This document shows positions 49,309-62,840 of a stretch of 64,000 nucleotides of DNA, one piece after another. Source of the stretch: Isurus oxyrinchus (Eukaryota). Numbering within the stretch: the first letter of the stretch is position 1; every line of letters begins with the position of its first letter. The position numbers and the translations under genes are program-made. Under the pieces are notes generated by a model. The model searched no databases. It was not told where the DNA came from and worked only from the letters and a program-made list of their open reading frames with translations. The stretch spans positions 620,001 through 684,000 of the forward strand of contig JANJGN010000136.1 in assembly GCA_026770705.1 (NCBI GenBank), read 5' to 3'.

Positions 49309-52224
49309 TGAATTCGGTAAAATCACACCAGCAAACTGTCCCAAGGACTTAAGAAAAAAGTTATCATTAACAATAAAGCTGACGCTCAGCCATGCAAGGA
49401 GACATTGGGTCAGGTGACAAAAGCTTTCACAAAGAGGTAGATTTTAAAGAGCGTCCTATGAATTAGAGAAGTGGAGGGGTTTAGAGAGGGAGTCCAGAAT
49501 TTTACACCAGGTCAGCTGAGTGCACGGTTGTCAATGCTGTAGTGATTAAAACCCGGAATGTACAAGCTGGCAGAAAAGCAGAAATCTGCACGTTTTCTTG
49601 GGCTGGAGGAGGTTACAGAGAAAATGAGGGGGAAGTCATGGGGAGATTTAAAAGGAAGGATGAGGGTTTTAAAATTGAGGCAATTCCAGGCCAGGAGCCA
49701 GTGTCGGTCAACAATGACTGTGCTGATTGGTGAACTGGACTTGGTTCAGGTGAAGTACCAGGAAGCAGAATTTTCGATGAGCACAGTTATCTGTGGGGTG
49801 GAACATGTGATGCTGGCTAGGGGGACGCTGGAATAGTCAAGTCTAGAGTGAACAAAGATATGGAAGAGGGTTTCAGCAGCTGGTTAGCTGAGGCATGGTC
49901 AGATTTGACCGATGTTTAGGCTGTGCAAGTACAATGTGTTCAACTGATAACGTTCTCTCAGTCTGTCTAATGTCAATCAGTTTTATCAGGGATAATGGGA
50001 GTAAATTGGATCCAGCTTCAGGCTTTATTTTTCAATATTAAGGATGTAACTGTATCTATCTCTGGATAATTTTGTCAGTGCGGGAGTTTTCACATTTCAC
50101 TGTGATCAGAAGCTGAACAAAGTATCCCAGACTGAGAGAAAAGACTGAGACACTTTAAAGCTGACAATTGCCCTTCAAGTGGCCCAGTTGGGATCATTTC
50201 CTGCAGGATTTTTGCTGTCCATGAACCATTAACATCAATAATTCCTGGCACTGGGTTCACTGTGAGGGATGAAGAGTCAGTGAGCAGAGTGGAGTGTCAC
50301 AGTAGTTCCGTTCGTGACTCTCCCCATCCCGGTAGTTTAGTGAGGATCGGTCTATCTGGGAATGTCCCAAATTCCGCCTGATTACCATCCTTCAACCCTG
50401 AGACAACTGACAGCTGTCAGTTACTCCAGTATCGGGATCACGGGGAGTTCATTGTGGTTCCCTGTTTAAACAATGCAATAACAAACAAGGTTCATAGAAA
50501 ATATCATAACTCAGATTCAGAAGTAGATGAGGACATGGGGGCAATGTGCGCAGTCGACCTTCTGTTTCAAGTTCCTTAACGATATGGAAAACTCAATGAT
50601 ATTTGTTGCATTGTTGCTATTTGGTCGTGTGGCCTACTAAATAATGCTTTCTACTTCCATATGTCGTGCAAGGTTATCAGAAGGTTTTTTGTTGGAATCA
50701 TGTAATTTGTCTTATGATCGCTTCACGCAGATAAATTGCTGTGTACAGATTGTCTAGCACACCTTGTGTGTAGAAATTTTTTCTAATTCCCGTGGTAAAC
50801 ACTCTGGGTTTAGCTCTTTGACGGTGGCACTGGTTCCTAGATTCTCAGTCAGCGGAAATAGTTTTGGGCTGATCTTACCTGTTCAAAGTTACAATAAATG
50901 TAACTAATCCCTCCTTCTATCATCAGGAATGACCTCGGGAAAGGGAAAATCAGTTGGTTAAGTGCCGGGACTGAGTTGTGGCTTGGTGTCAGGGAGTGAA
51001 GAGGATGAGGAAGGAGCTTAAGAGACAAAGAGAGTTACAGAGGAAGAAAGCTGAAAGATTGGCGAGGAGGAAGAGAGAAGAATATGAATGGCGTTCATCA
51101 TTTTTCAAATTTTATTCCATGAAGCATCAAAAGAGAAAATAACCTCTGTGCCAAGGAGCTGCTGATAGTGCAGAGACCAGAAAATATAACTGGAATTAAG
51201 AGAATCATCGTGTTCACTGAGGGAGAGGCAATGGGATTAGAAAATAAAAGTTACGATGGGGCCGGAAATGAAAGGCAGGATCCAGAAAGCTGCTGTCTGA
51301 ACGCAAAGTAAATAAAGGGAACAAATAAACTTAACAAATGAACAAAATGGTGGCAGAGGTTATAATGTAAGTTATTCTGTCATGTTACAGTCACTGTTTA
51401 CAAGATGCGCATTTACTCTCAAATTATTAATGAATTCTGCCGAATTAGTCATTACTAAATCGAGTGCAGCCGCTTCATCTAGTTTTTAATATATGGTATT
51501 TTAGCAAGCTTTCCTGGTTTCAAGCTACCAATTCACTGATTTCACTGAAATTTCGATTCAGCCCAGTTGAAATGAAAAGCCAGCATGGGTGCCGGGACAC
51601 ATACGGGACGTGGGCTAACTATTGATGTGAAGGGTCGTTCCTCTCAAGGAACAGTATTATTCCAGGACTCTGAAAACAACCACAGTTCCTGAATCTCTCC
51701 CGTCACTGACTCCCAATCCTGTCGATGGTGCTATCTCATGAACTCCAAGAAGGTAACGCATTCGCTCATTAAAATCACAAGCATGACTCTTTTACTGAAA
51801 CATTTGGTCTCAGGCAGAGAGCTTAGTTCACCACCAACACCTCCTGGGAATTACATGCAATGCATTCACTTGCTTAATAAATGCCTGGTTACTGGTTGAT
51901 ATATGCACACACCCTTGTCAGCCTCAATGGCCTTCAAGAGTAAAGGCTTCCTCCCATCTGGTTTAGAAGATGCGCCCCTGCAGTTTGAGTTCAGAAGGAC
52001 ATCACTAGTGAAGACTGCATGCACCAGGCGGCTTATAACCAGGATTCTCTTTTCTAAATATTTCAGAGTCTGCAATTTTTCTGGTGCTATAAAAAAAAAT
52101 TGACGATGACGCAGTTCCACCTTCTCTTGCCCGCAGTTCTGAAAGCTAGGGACTTAATTTGAGACCCTGATAGTCCGATGGCTGCAAGTGGGTGTTGCTG
52201 CTACACCACGATGGGATGTGAAAA

Positions 52225-52667
52225 CGTTTGAGGACTCCGGGTCTATACTCAATGGAGTTTAGAAGAATAAGGGGGGGATTTGATTGGAACTTACAGGATA
52301 CTCACAAACCTGGATAGAGTGGACGTGGGGAAGATGTTTCCATTAGTGGGAGAGACTAGGAACCGATGGCACATCCTCAGAGTAAAGGGAAGACCTTTTT
52401 GAACAGAGTTGAGGGGAAACATCTTTAGCCAGAGAGTGTTGAATCTATGGAATCCATTGCCACAGAAGGCTATGGAGGCCAGGTCGTTGAATGTATTTAA
52501 GACTGAGATAGATAGGTTCTTGATTGGTAAGGTGATCAAAGGTTACTTGGAGAAGGGGGGGAAATGAGGTTGAGAAACTTATCAGCGATGATTGAATGGT
52601 GAAGCAGGCTCGATGAGCCGAATGGCCTAATTTCTGCTCGTATGTCTTATGGTCTTATGGTCTTATG
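52225..52667 (+). mobile_element. Young CR1 LINE 3' end with (TCTTATGG)n tail
   Basis: GLYSMEFRRIRGDLI.TYRIL...FSQRVLNLWNPLP; tail TCTTATGGTCTTATGGTCTTATG. Confidence 0.9.
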
Positions 52668-53149
52668 AAAATAGACAATATGCTTTCATTTCATTTTCAA
52701 TTGTAATTGTGTCATGCCTCCTTTCCCACTCCCATTATTTAATCCTGCCTCCAGGCGGTATCCTTTATGAAAAAATGGATTCTCGAGGAACTATGTAATT
52801 TCGGCATGCATTGATGGTTGATTGGCAGTTGCCCCCTGAGGTCTGCCATAATTCTGGTAAGAACTGCTGGTCTTTTTGCAAAAGATTTTAAAAAATGTTT
52901 CAATGATGGACATCGTATCATCGTAAAGAACGAGTCAAAGCTTGATCGCTGTGATTTCTCATTTAAATTCCCAGCGTGGTGACAAAAAACACTCATTAGC
53001 ATCGATCAACCTCAAACGTCAAGGCTCAACTAGGCAGGCCACTATGTGCCTTAGAGTGCGGTAGAGCAAGGTTTTTCGTCATTCTCACCAATGTAACATC
53101 CCTGACAAGGTGGGCATCCTCATCCCTTGAGAATGGTTAAGAGGCAACC

Positions 53150-53390
53150 ACATTTCTGCAGGCCAGACTGGGTAAGGGCAGCAGATTTCCATCCCTAAAG
53201 GACATTTATGAATCTGATTTTTTTACATCAACCAATGATAGTCTAATGTGAGTCAGCATTATTTAAATCAGATTTATATCCCAGAATTTCTCAACTGATT
53301 TGAAATTCGATCAGCTGCCATAGTTGGATTTGAACATGTGTCCCCTGAGTATTAACCTCCCTGGATTACTAATCCAGTCACATGACCAAT
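53150..53390 (-). mobile_element. tRNA-derived SINE (paralog 40670-40915; related copy ~7720-7960)
   Basis: Reverse complement head TGGTCATGTGACTGGATTAGTAATCCAG...ACATGTTCAAATCC with A/B box-like elements, then a body shared among copies. Confidence 0.55.
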
Positions 53391-54868
53391 AAAAAAGGCC
53401 TGTCAATTGAGGTAAGCCCCATTCTCTCTAATCCATTGCTTGTGAGCAGATTCTTGGGAAAGTCGAGGGGGAGAACATGATGTGAACTCTCAGCATGACC
53501 TAAGTTCACATAATGGAGGGATAGTTCCACAAGCACTCACACACTTTTCATCTTCAGACCTGCTGTCAACTGCCATTGTCCATGCCCTCCAAGGGACCAA
53601 AAACGTCCCGCATGAGCTTTCAAGGTTTCATAGCTTCAATGGAAAGAGGAAACTCGCAGATACTTTATCTTGCTCCCCAGAGGAATTCAAGGGCTATAAA
53701 TTCAGAAGCCGTGGAGGGGGCGCAGGGGCGGGGGTTGCATGGGGATGATCCACATGCATTTCATTACATTCAATGGCAGAATCTCTATCCGCACAACTCT
53801 GTTTTCAGGTGCCTCAAACTATTCATCATAATGTGCAGGGACCCGGCAATCACACACTGTAGAGGAAGCAGCTGATCAGCTTAGTGCAGCATGGAACAGA
53901 GAATTCTTTCCCAGCTTTGTGACACAGAATACATGCTCGTACGTTGGCATAGCTGTTCAACTGAGTGCACAGCCTATCGTACTCTGCACACAGGATACCA
54001 TTCTTCTGTCTCACAGCTTTCCGTTCAGCCTGTTGCACTCGGTAGCAGAAATGTAGTATGCATGGAGGTGGATAAAGTGGTATTGGATCTGCAATGCTGG
54101 ACAACGCATGTGCATTACCCACCCATGTAAATTCAGCTGTTACCAAAGGAAGGTCAGCAGAATGTGGCTGTGAATGCAGCTGGTGAGGGACTTTGTGTCT
54201 CATTGGCCTGATGTGGCTGTTTTGTTTCTGACTGTGGGCTAAACGTTGACTCTCAGCCTCCTGCTGCCTTTCCTCCTTCCCTCTGGCTAGCTCACTCGGC
54301 TCCTTTCCACTGTCACTCTACAGAGTGTCCGTTTTCACCAATGCTGAGCACTGCTCGGTGCCACAGTTGGAGGTTGACAGGTTCCTGGTGGTGGATGATT
54401 CCTCCTCGTACTCCACCTCCAGCCTGGCCATTGTGCCTGCAAAGAGCAGTCAGCTAGTCCCCAACCTATGCCCAGGTGAGGGAAACTGTTTTCGCTTTTT
54501 CTGTGGTGAGCAATCGCCATTGCCATGGAGTCAAGCGGCTGGAGGCTGCACACTGCCCTTGGTCTTCACTTTTTTCACCTTCTGTGTGCTCGCTCCTTCT
54601 GCACGGTCAGCAACAGCGTCCAGCTGCAGATCAACAGTGTGCTGGGCTCCTTCATTAACTCTGCAAATGTAATATTTGAATGTCTCTGAAATCAGTCAAT
54701 TCACAATAAATAGGATTGAATAAAAGTGTTCTTTGTTTATTGCAGCTAATATATCTGCCTCTGTAACAGTGCAATGATCATTGCTTGTGCTGTGCTCTGC
54801 AGACAAGAACATAAGCCATTTACGTGAGTTCACTATTACACGTGGACAAGTTCATCCTGTGAGCAGAG

Positions 54869-55270
54869 ATGGCTTGTACCAAAGAGATAGCCTGGAAGTC
54901 CACCGGCGGCAAAGCGCCCAGGAAGCAGCTGGCCACCAAGGCAGCCCGGAAATGCGCCCCCTCCACTGGCGGAGTGAAGAAACCTCATTGCTGCAGGTGT
55001 GTTTTCAGACGTGCTCCGAGAAATCAGCCGATGACAGAATTCCACCCAGTTGCTTATCCGCAAACTGTCCTTCCAGCACCTGGTGAGGGAAATTGCCCAG
55101 TGCTTCGAAACTATCCTGAGGATCAGTGTGCGGTAATTGGAACATTGCAGGAAGCCAGAGTGGCCGACTTGGGTGGCCTGTTTGAGGATACCAACCTGTG
55201 TGCCACCCATGCCAAAAGAGTGACCGCAATGCCCAAAGACACCCAGCTGGCACGACGGCTCCTGGGGTAG
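54869..55270 (+). pseudogene. Intronless histone H3 (H3.3-like) pseudogene with compensating frameshifts
   Basis: [40 protein letters not shown] and LQEA...[28 protein letters not shown] share one frame. The central part ([29 protein letters not shown]) is in a shifted frame with a stop. S31 and 'IG' are H3.3-type residues. Confidence 0.9.
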
Positions 55271-58200
55271 TGTGCCTAAACTCTTTGCTTCATTACATTT
55301 CCTCCATACTATTTTGAAGTGACGTTTAAACATTTTCTGAAACATTATTGGACTGTTGGTTTAGCTTCTTGTGGAGGCTGGGCCTTTATTTTGTATTTTT
55401 GTTAGTTTTGAGTATTGAGCGTGAATCAGTGTGGAAGCAGCGAAACATTTTGTAAGCAGTCCTTCCAAACTCTTGGCTCAGGTTGCAAAATGAACATTAG
55501 TATGTAAAAAAAAAAAATGAATTGGTCGAGTTTGACCTATACATGCACGTCTAACAGGAAGTATTTCAGAAACGATTGTGCAGAGTGATTTTTTGAACAG
55601 TTTTCTGGTTACTCTTACACTCTATGTTGTTTGCCATGACCCCAGGCCTATTCAATAACCTAGATTTTCACTGTCAAAAGCGCTGATCTTCACTGCGGCC
55701 TTCTCTATGTTACAGTAGGAGAAAATAAAGAAGAAATCTTACCACTTATTATCAAAATTTCGCCAAGAAACTCCCTCCCCCCTTATATTTCACAGGGCCC
55801 GTCCCCCCTCCCTCCCTATCCTACTTGTCGCTCACGGCAGACAGCGGTTCAATCCTGGTCAGCAGCTCCACGTTCCAGAAAACCAGCCATAACTTTCGAG
55901 TCGTTACAGTGTCCATATGGTCGATAGGGATGGTGATAAGACTGGACAAACCCTGGTAGGAACCTGCTGAGGGACTGTTTAAGGTCAATGGTCAGAATGG
56001 CAGCAGTGGTCAGAAAAGACTGAAAATTAGTGGCGGGAAGCAAAAAGATCTGGGAACACGTTATGACAAGGATTGATGACTACACCAATCTAGAGATTTA
56101 TTTGAAATCTATTGGAATGCAAATGTTCCTAGAGCATTTCAACTGGGGGTAGTTATTAAACCTCAAGTGGACATTTTGTCCACTTCAAACTAAGTTGAAG
56201 AAAACCGCTCCTTGTATGCGGGGAAGGCACTGATAAAGAGTGGAAACTGAAACATTGTCTGAATAAAGCACGAGCGGCAGATGAAGAGATTTCCGCGGTT
56301 CAGATAAACATATAACAAAGATCATCCCCTGAATGTGCTGGAGGTTTTGGAGATACCCTTGTGGTGAGGACTGCCTGCGGTCATTGTTTCTCTGCTCTAC
56401 ATCCAGAGAGCAGGGAGTGTAATTTCTCGCCGAAGATGCACCATGCCGACTGGCTCAGCACAGGGCCGACTGCTGCATAACTAGCGGCCTCATCATGTGG
56501 AGGAGGTTTCAAACTGCAGCAGCCATATGCCCCGTCTCCCTAAAGATCACATTCGGAGGATGAAGCGGAGATTTCTCTCAATGTCACAGCCCTATGCGGA
56601 AATATTTGATTAACTGGACATTTATTTCAAAGAATATCGGAAAAAAAATCATTGGATATGTTTCAATCCAGTTGTTCCCCTCTCTCACCCGCCTCCCCCA
56701 CTAAAATGAACTCCAGGCTGGTCTGTTTCCCTCCACCCACCCTCTATCACCATGCCGTTCTGGCTCCCCCTCCCCAGTCTACATGCTCTCCTGACTCCCC
56801 CCTTACCCTTACCGAAGAACAAAATAATTGTTTGCATTCGCATCCCCTCTCTAGGGATCTACATGGTTCCGGACTTGCCCTTCACCCACGCCAGATTTGA
56901 AAACATTTGGCCTCTCCCAGCTCGGGTCTAAGGCTCGAACCTCTCGCATTCTCGCTCGTGCTCAGTCCTGATCCACACGGGCCTTCTTCAGTTACCGATC
57001 TCAAACAGAAAGGGGCACCCTGGGAGCGGCAGGTACTGGGGAGTGGCCTCTGGACCACACGAAGGGTTTTTAATGTGACCACTTCTGTGTGTCTGGGAGG
57101 AGCAGAGGCGAATCCTCTAATACTGACCATCCCAGGCAAAGGCTGCATTCCGACTTCCTGTCCCACAGCAAGAGGGTTTAGATGATGTTTGGAGAACTAA
57201 CAATGTGCGGGGTTGTGGGGTGAAGGCAGGTGAATTACATCAGGTGAAATATTCATGCTGTAAAATCCTCTATAAATTGTGGTTCGTTCTGCTATCGCTT
57301 TCAAAAATTACCGGCGGGAATAACTCCTCGTTCACAACAATCTAAAAGTGACAAATGAAACTTGAACATGCAGCAAGGCTGTAAAGTAGGCACGACACAA
57401 ATGTAAGTCGGAAAGTAAGTTGTGAAGAGGGCGTGAGACTCTCAATATGTTACGTGATTGGACAAAGACTTAGCAAATGGAATAGAATGTCGTAAAACGT
57501 CAGGTTGTCCATTTTGATTGGATGGACAAAAAAGAGGCACATAATCCAACTGGTGAGAGATTGCAGAGCTCTGAGATGCAAAGGAGACTGGGTATCCTAC
57601 TGCATGAATCATTTTGTTTCCGTGCACTGCTAAACTCTCCAATACCATTGAAAATCGGACAGTCCAGAGTCCCATGGGAGATCCTTACTTTCTCCGAGAC
57701 CAGGATGGGTGCTTTTGAAAAGTTCTCATTCGCTGAAAAAGCCTCAGTTTCGACTTAAACCTATTTTATTGCTGCAGAGATCGCGCTCTCTCACCCATTC
57801 GCTAATATGTTCTCTACTTTCCTACTGAAGTCATAAAATCAACTAAATATTTCCGTTTAATTCTCACTCAGAGGTGTGTAAGTATTAACTTTTGCACGGT
57901 CCCAGCAAACTCGCTAGCCCCTTCACTCTTCCCACGTTTCTGCTGGATTGTTTTGTGAAGATGTGCTCAAAAATAGCAAATGGCCTGTGGGGAATGAGCC
58001 CAAACTGTGCTTCCTAAAAGGACAAGTCCGATTTTTCATTGTTCTCTGACCTATTCCCTATCTCCAGTTCTTATGTTCAGATGCGGAACAAAGTGAGTTG
58101 CAGAAAATGTTCATTTCACTTGCTGATTTGCAGCGGAAAACCGTGCATGAGGTATTTAGTTCCAAACTGAACGCAGCTTATTCATGAGTCGGAGACTGAT

Positions 58201-58604
58201 AGATACAGAATCAATCCCACACTCACAGCTAGTAACAGAGATTGATATTTACAGAATCAATCTAACATCCATCCGTGGTGCCAAAGACTGATATTCGTGC
58301 GCAGGAATCGATATTCAAATAAAAAAATGGATGCAGCAGATGGAAAGTATTCAGAGAATCACTGAATGTGACAAATCTGAGTAATTCTATCCCGGCTCCA
58401 CGCTACAGCTCAGGGAAAGCCTTTATTATCATCAAGAAGGTATACATCTGAGTTACATTTTAAATGGAAGATACGTGGAGGTGGGAAATAATTATATTTC
58501 TATTAAACCCGCCCGTGTGTTCGGAGCACAATCTCACCGAAATGGATCAATTTCAGCTTCAAGCTAGGGGTTTCTGGTTTGAGAGGTTTAACAACCAAGA
58601 AACT

Positions 58605-58675
58605 GTGCTGGCTGGGAACAGAAACCGGATCAACTGCTTAGAAGGTAGCGACGCTCCCCACTATAACACCATCGA
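58605..58675 (-). pseudogene. tRNA-Gly-derived pseudogene (anticodon mutated TCC>TCT)
   Basis: Reverse complement CGATGGTGTTATAGTGGGGAGCGTCGCTACCTTCTAAGCAGTTGATCCGGTTTCTGTTCCCAGCCA; same flanks as 37059 and 49237. Confidence 0.75.
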
Positions 58676-61600
58676 TAAGTCCCAGCATTGATGCTTAACA
58701 ATAAGTCACAAAATTCTTAAGAAGAGGGTTATAATTACAAGTGAAGCAAAAATGATGCTGAGCCACAGAAGAACACATTAAATCAGACGACAAAAGCTTG
58801 CTCAAAGCAGAAGCTTTTAAATAATATCTTAAACATCAGAAGGAGCGGGAGAAGTGGCGTATTTTAGGGAGGGAATGCAGAATTTTAGACCAGGTCAGCA
58901 TCAACTACAATTTATTTGATTAAATTCAGTTCCTCTGTTTCATGCCAACTGGAAACTGTCCTTGACATGAATCTCTAGTGGTATCTGTCAATTTGTCGGA
59001 GAAGCGGATTGGGCCTCTATGGAACCCTTTCAACAGTGACTGCAATAGGACCCCAGGGTAGGATTGCTGCAATTCCTGGAATACATTGACAGTTTTTTTT
59101 TTATTATTGCTTCGTGGATGTGAAAACCGCTGGTAAGGCCATCATTTATTTATACAGTTTATTTCTCCTGTCAGTGTTTAATTGTCCACCACTATTCACA
59201 ACTGGATGTGGAAGGCCTGCAGTGCTTTGGTCTGATCCGATGCTTATGGCGTCACTTCGAAAGTGATTGTCTGAGAGGGCAGAAGACAATGGTTTTCAGG
59301 GTACCAAAACCAAAGAGTGCTGTAATGGGAATAAGATAACCAAGATATGTAGAAGGCGATGGTTCATCCTCAGCTGGTGTATCCCGCCCCAATCAGGGCG
59401 CTTCTCTTTTCGAAGTCTGTAAAAATGTGAAGGATGTTGGAAGAAGGGCAGAAAATGTTCACGAGAATGTTTTCTAGGATGAGGAGATTCAGTTGTGAGG
59501 AGAAGTTAGGGCTGATTTCCTGGGAGAAAGGAAGGTTGAGAGCAGGTTTGTTAGAGGGATTGAAAATCACGAAAGTTCTGGAGAAGTTGGATGGGAAGCA
59601 AATGTTCCAATCCGTAAAATGATCAAGTTCGAGCTAGCGCAGCTTTAAAGTAATTGTTTGAAAAAGAACAAAAGTGACACAACGAAAAAAAATATACTTT
59701 TGTTCTCGTGGAAAGTGGTTAAGTTCTGGAATGCACCGCCTAACAGTGTGTTGAAGGTAGGTTCGAAGGAAGCAAAAAGAAGGGAGTTAGACTGTTTTCT
59801 CGAAATCAAAACCGTCCATAAAGGGAGAAAGCGGGGAATGTGACTAAGTGAATTGCTCATTCAGACACGATGGGTCGAATGACCTTCTCCTGCGCTGTAA
59901 CATTTCTGAGTTTCTGTGATTCTGTGAGTATAATAAGGAAAGAAAAGATGTGTCCAGATGAGGTTGTGAATGGCAGCACAGCAACCGCCCGAATGTAACA
60001 TGGACAATAAAGATAAAAACGTGACAAACCAAACAGGCAAGAAGAAAAACAATACACACTGGAAACAACATAAAGGCAGTTGCGTGGATCTAAATTAGTT
60101 GAACTCAATTTTGAGTCCAGAAGGCTGCAGTTGGAAGATGAGGTGTTCTCCTTCGAAGTTTGCTGTTGTTGACGCCATTTAGTCCCTAGCTCACGTTCAG
60201 TGACGTTGTGTCTGATTGGAGAAGAGCTGCATATGCTCGCCTTTGCCTCATATTCCCTCATACCCTCTAGTAAAACTCTAGGAGTCTCAGATTGAAAATA
60301 TAACAATCGATCAAGCATGGGTTTCTGCATACAGAGGGAGATCTAAGGTTCAAGCACACTTTCCGTGTAGAATTGTTTCACAATTTCCATTCTGGCTTTA
60401 GATTTTGACTGGCCCTTAGTCCCAGATTCCCAGGAAACGGAAATACATTCAGGCACTGATCTAATGTTGGCATCCAGAATTCCTGGATCAAATCAGTACA
60501 TGCATCACGGGGGGATTTCGTTCCAGGGAAAGTCAGCGTCTTCCAGGGGCTGAGCTGTGTTTTACAGTACGGAATTGAGGAGCATGAGGAGGGAGTTCAA
60601 GAGGCAAACGATGATGCACAACAAGAAAGCTGAAAGATTGGCGATGAGCGAGAGCGAGGAATAAGAATGGCGATTAGGATTTTTTTCCAAAATGCCTTCA
60701 GACAGAAAAGGAAAGCTGCAGAGAAACTGGAAATTGAAAGAAAAATAAACAGAACATTCTGGAAATATTCAGCAGCTCATAGAGCATGTATCTAGACAAA
60801 AAAGTGAACTGTTTAGGTCGATGGCTTCTCATCAAACTGAAAGAAAGATGTGAATATAACAGTGTTTAAACCAGTGGTGTGCGGGAGTAGGTGGGATGTA
60901 CATAAGAGAATGTCAATGAGGATGGAGGGCAGGGGGAATGGTTTCATGGTTACAAAAATATGTAATGGCTGTAGGAAAGAAAGCAAGACAATATGTCTCC
61001 ATATAAGGTTGTGAATGGACACTTAACAACAGTCCGAATGTAACATGAAAGAATAAAGAGAGAAACTTGACCAAACGATGTTGAAGCAAGTGTTCTGATC
61101 TAAAATTGTTGAACTCAGTGTTCAGTCCAGAAGGCTCTATCCCACCCAATTGATTGACCAGGGGCAGTTCCTCGAGCTTTGCTCTTGTTGAGATCCGTTA
61201 TTTGCTGGAACGTGTTCTGTTATTCTAAGATCCTGGTTGTTCGGTGACTACCTCCATATGTTCATTTTTCTCTCATATTCCTTTAACACCTCTGTTAAGA
61301 AAACTCTTCGAAACTCTGATCTATAATAAAGCAATGGGTTAAACATTAATTACCGTAATCAGAAGCTCCAGCGTCATTTGTGTGTAGAATTATTTTCTAA
61401 TTCCCCTGTTGAAATCTGTGGCTTTACTTCTTTGACTGTGACCTGGGTCCTTGATTCCCAGTCAGCAGCAGTAGTTTATGGGCCGATCTTATCCGTTCAA
61501 CGCTACAAACGAAATTGACAAATCCCTCCTGCAAACAAGAGGAAGGATTTCGGTAAAGGGACGGTCAATGGGTTAAATGTAGGGACTGAGCTGTTGTTTG

Positions 61601-62379
61601 GTGTCGGGAATTGAAGAGAGTTAGGAGCGAGTTCATGAGACAGAGTTACAGAGGAAGAAAACTGAAGGATTGGCGAGGAGGAAGAGCGAGGGATATGAAT
61701 GACGTTCAACATCTTTCAAATGTTGCTCAATGAAAGACCGAAAGAGAAATTAATCTCTGAGACAAGGAGCTGCTGATCCGTGCAGTGACCATAAAATCGA
61801 ATTGAAATTTGTAGAATCATGGTTTTTACTGGGGGAGATGTAGTGGGACAAGCAAAGAAATAAAAATGGTGAATGATTGGGAGCATAATAAAAAGCTGCT
61901 GTCCGGAAACCAAAATAGGAGGGGGAAAGTAAATCTTTTAATCCGAAAAAATGGTGGCAGGGATTAAAATGTAAGTCACACTGTCATGTTAGTATTGCCC
62001 TTTTGAAGATGCACTTTTGCTATCAGATTATTAATGAATTCTGGCTCGTTACTCATTACTAAGTTCAGCATGGCCGGTTCCTTTCGGTTTCATAGTGTCT
62101 TGTTTCAGCAAACTGCTCTAGATTGAAGCTACTGATTCACCGATTTTCCGGATATTCCGATTCAAGCCAGTTTAGGTGAAAAAACAGTTTTTATGCTAAA
62201 ACACACCCAGGAATGTCGTCCAACTATTGACACACATTTCCTCACACTCTCACACACGTCTGAAAACAACAGCTGTTCCTTTACTGGCACGAAATGTCAA
62301 CTTTATATCAACCATTTTCCAATTCTGAAGCCGATTCCAATTTTGTGTGCTTTCTTTGTGTTAATTTGTAATAAAATGC

Positions 62380-62451
62380 CTCCCCATCGGGGAGTCGAAC
62401 CCCTGCCTCCCGCCTGACAGGCGGGGTTACTGACCAGTATAGTAACGAGGA
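62380..62451 (-). pseudogene. tRNA-Asp(GTC), probably pseudogene
   Basis: Reverse complement TCCTCGTTACTATACTGGTCAGTAACCCCGCCTGTCAGGCGGGAGGCAGGGGTTCGACTCCCCGATGGGGAG; B box intact, D stem/A box mutated. Confidence 0.8.
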
Positions 62452-62639
62452 ATAAACAAAAATAATTCGAAGTAAAGGAACCAGGGGTTAGCTGCATACT
62501 GTAATAAATGAAATTGAAGAGGTGGTCTAATGTGGGGCTTCAGGGTGTGCCTGCTTCCTTCAGTGATCCCAGAGAGAAGGATGGCAGGATAACTTCTCTA
62601 AGTGAAGTCACGGTGTCTGAATTCCAATCTAGGTTTTAT

Positions 62640-62840
62640 GAAACAAAAAAAAAACATGCTGGAAAAACTCAGCGGCTCTGACAGTATCTGCAATGAGAAA
62701 GGCAGAGTTAACTGTTATAATCAATAGCGTCAAACGGACTTGAAACCTTAACTCTCCACAGATGCTGTCAGTGGTGTTGAGTTTATCCAGAATTTTTTTG
62801 TTTGTTTCAGATTTCCAGCATTCGCAATATTTTGCCTTTA
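62640..62840. repeat. Inverted pair of Penelope-type terminal repeat fragments
   Basis: GCTGGAAAAACTCAGCGGCTCTGACAGTATCTG...GAGTTAAC faces TTAACTCTCCACAGATGCTGTCAG...TTTCCAGCATTCGCA; similar remnants at 29055-29180, 36560-36710 and 48730-48885. Confidence 0.75.

Larger units (their letters stand above)
46180..51720 (+). repeat. Segmental duplication core, copy 2
   Basis: Same order as copy 1: CR1(-), gag(-), Gly(+), PLE remnant, Gly(-), L2, module leading toward tRNA-Asp. Confidence 0.95.

Noticed and set aside
58605-58675. Anticodon-switched (TCT) functional tRNA
   Set aside because: T loop/B box and stems are degraded; it is a decayed Gly copy.
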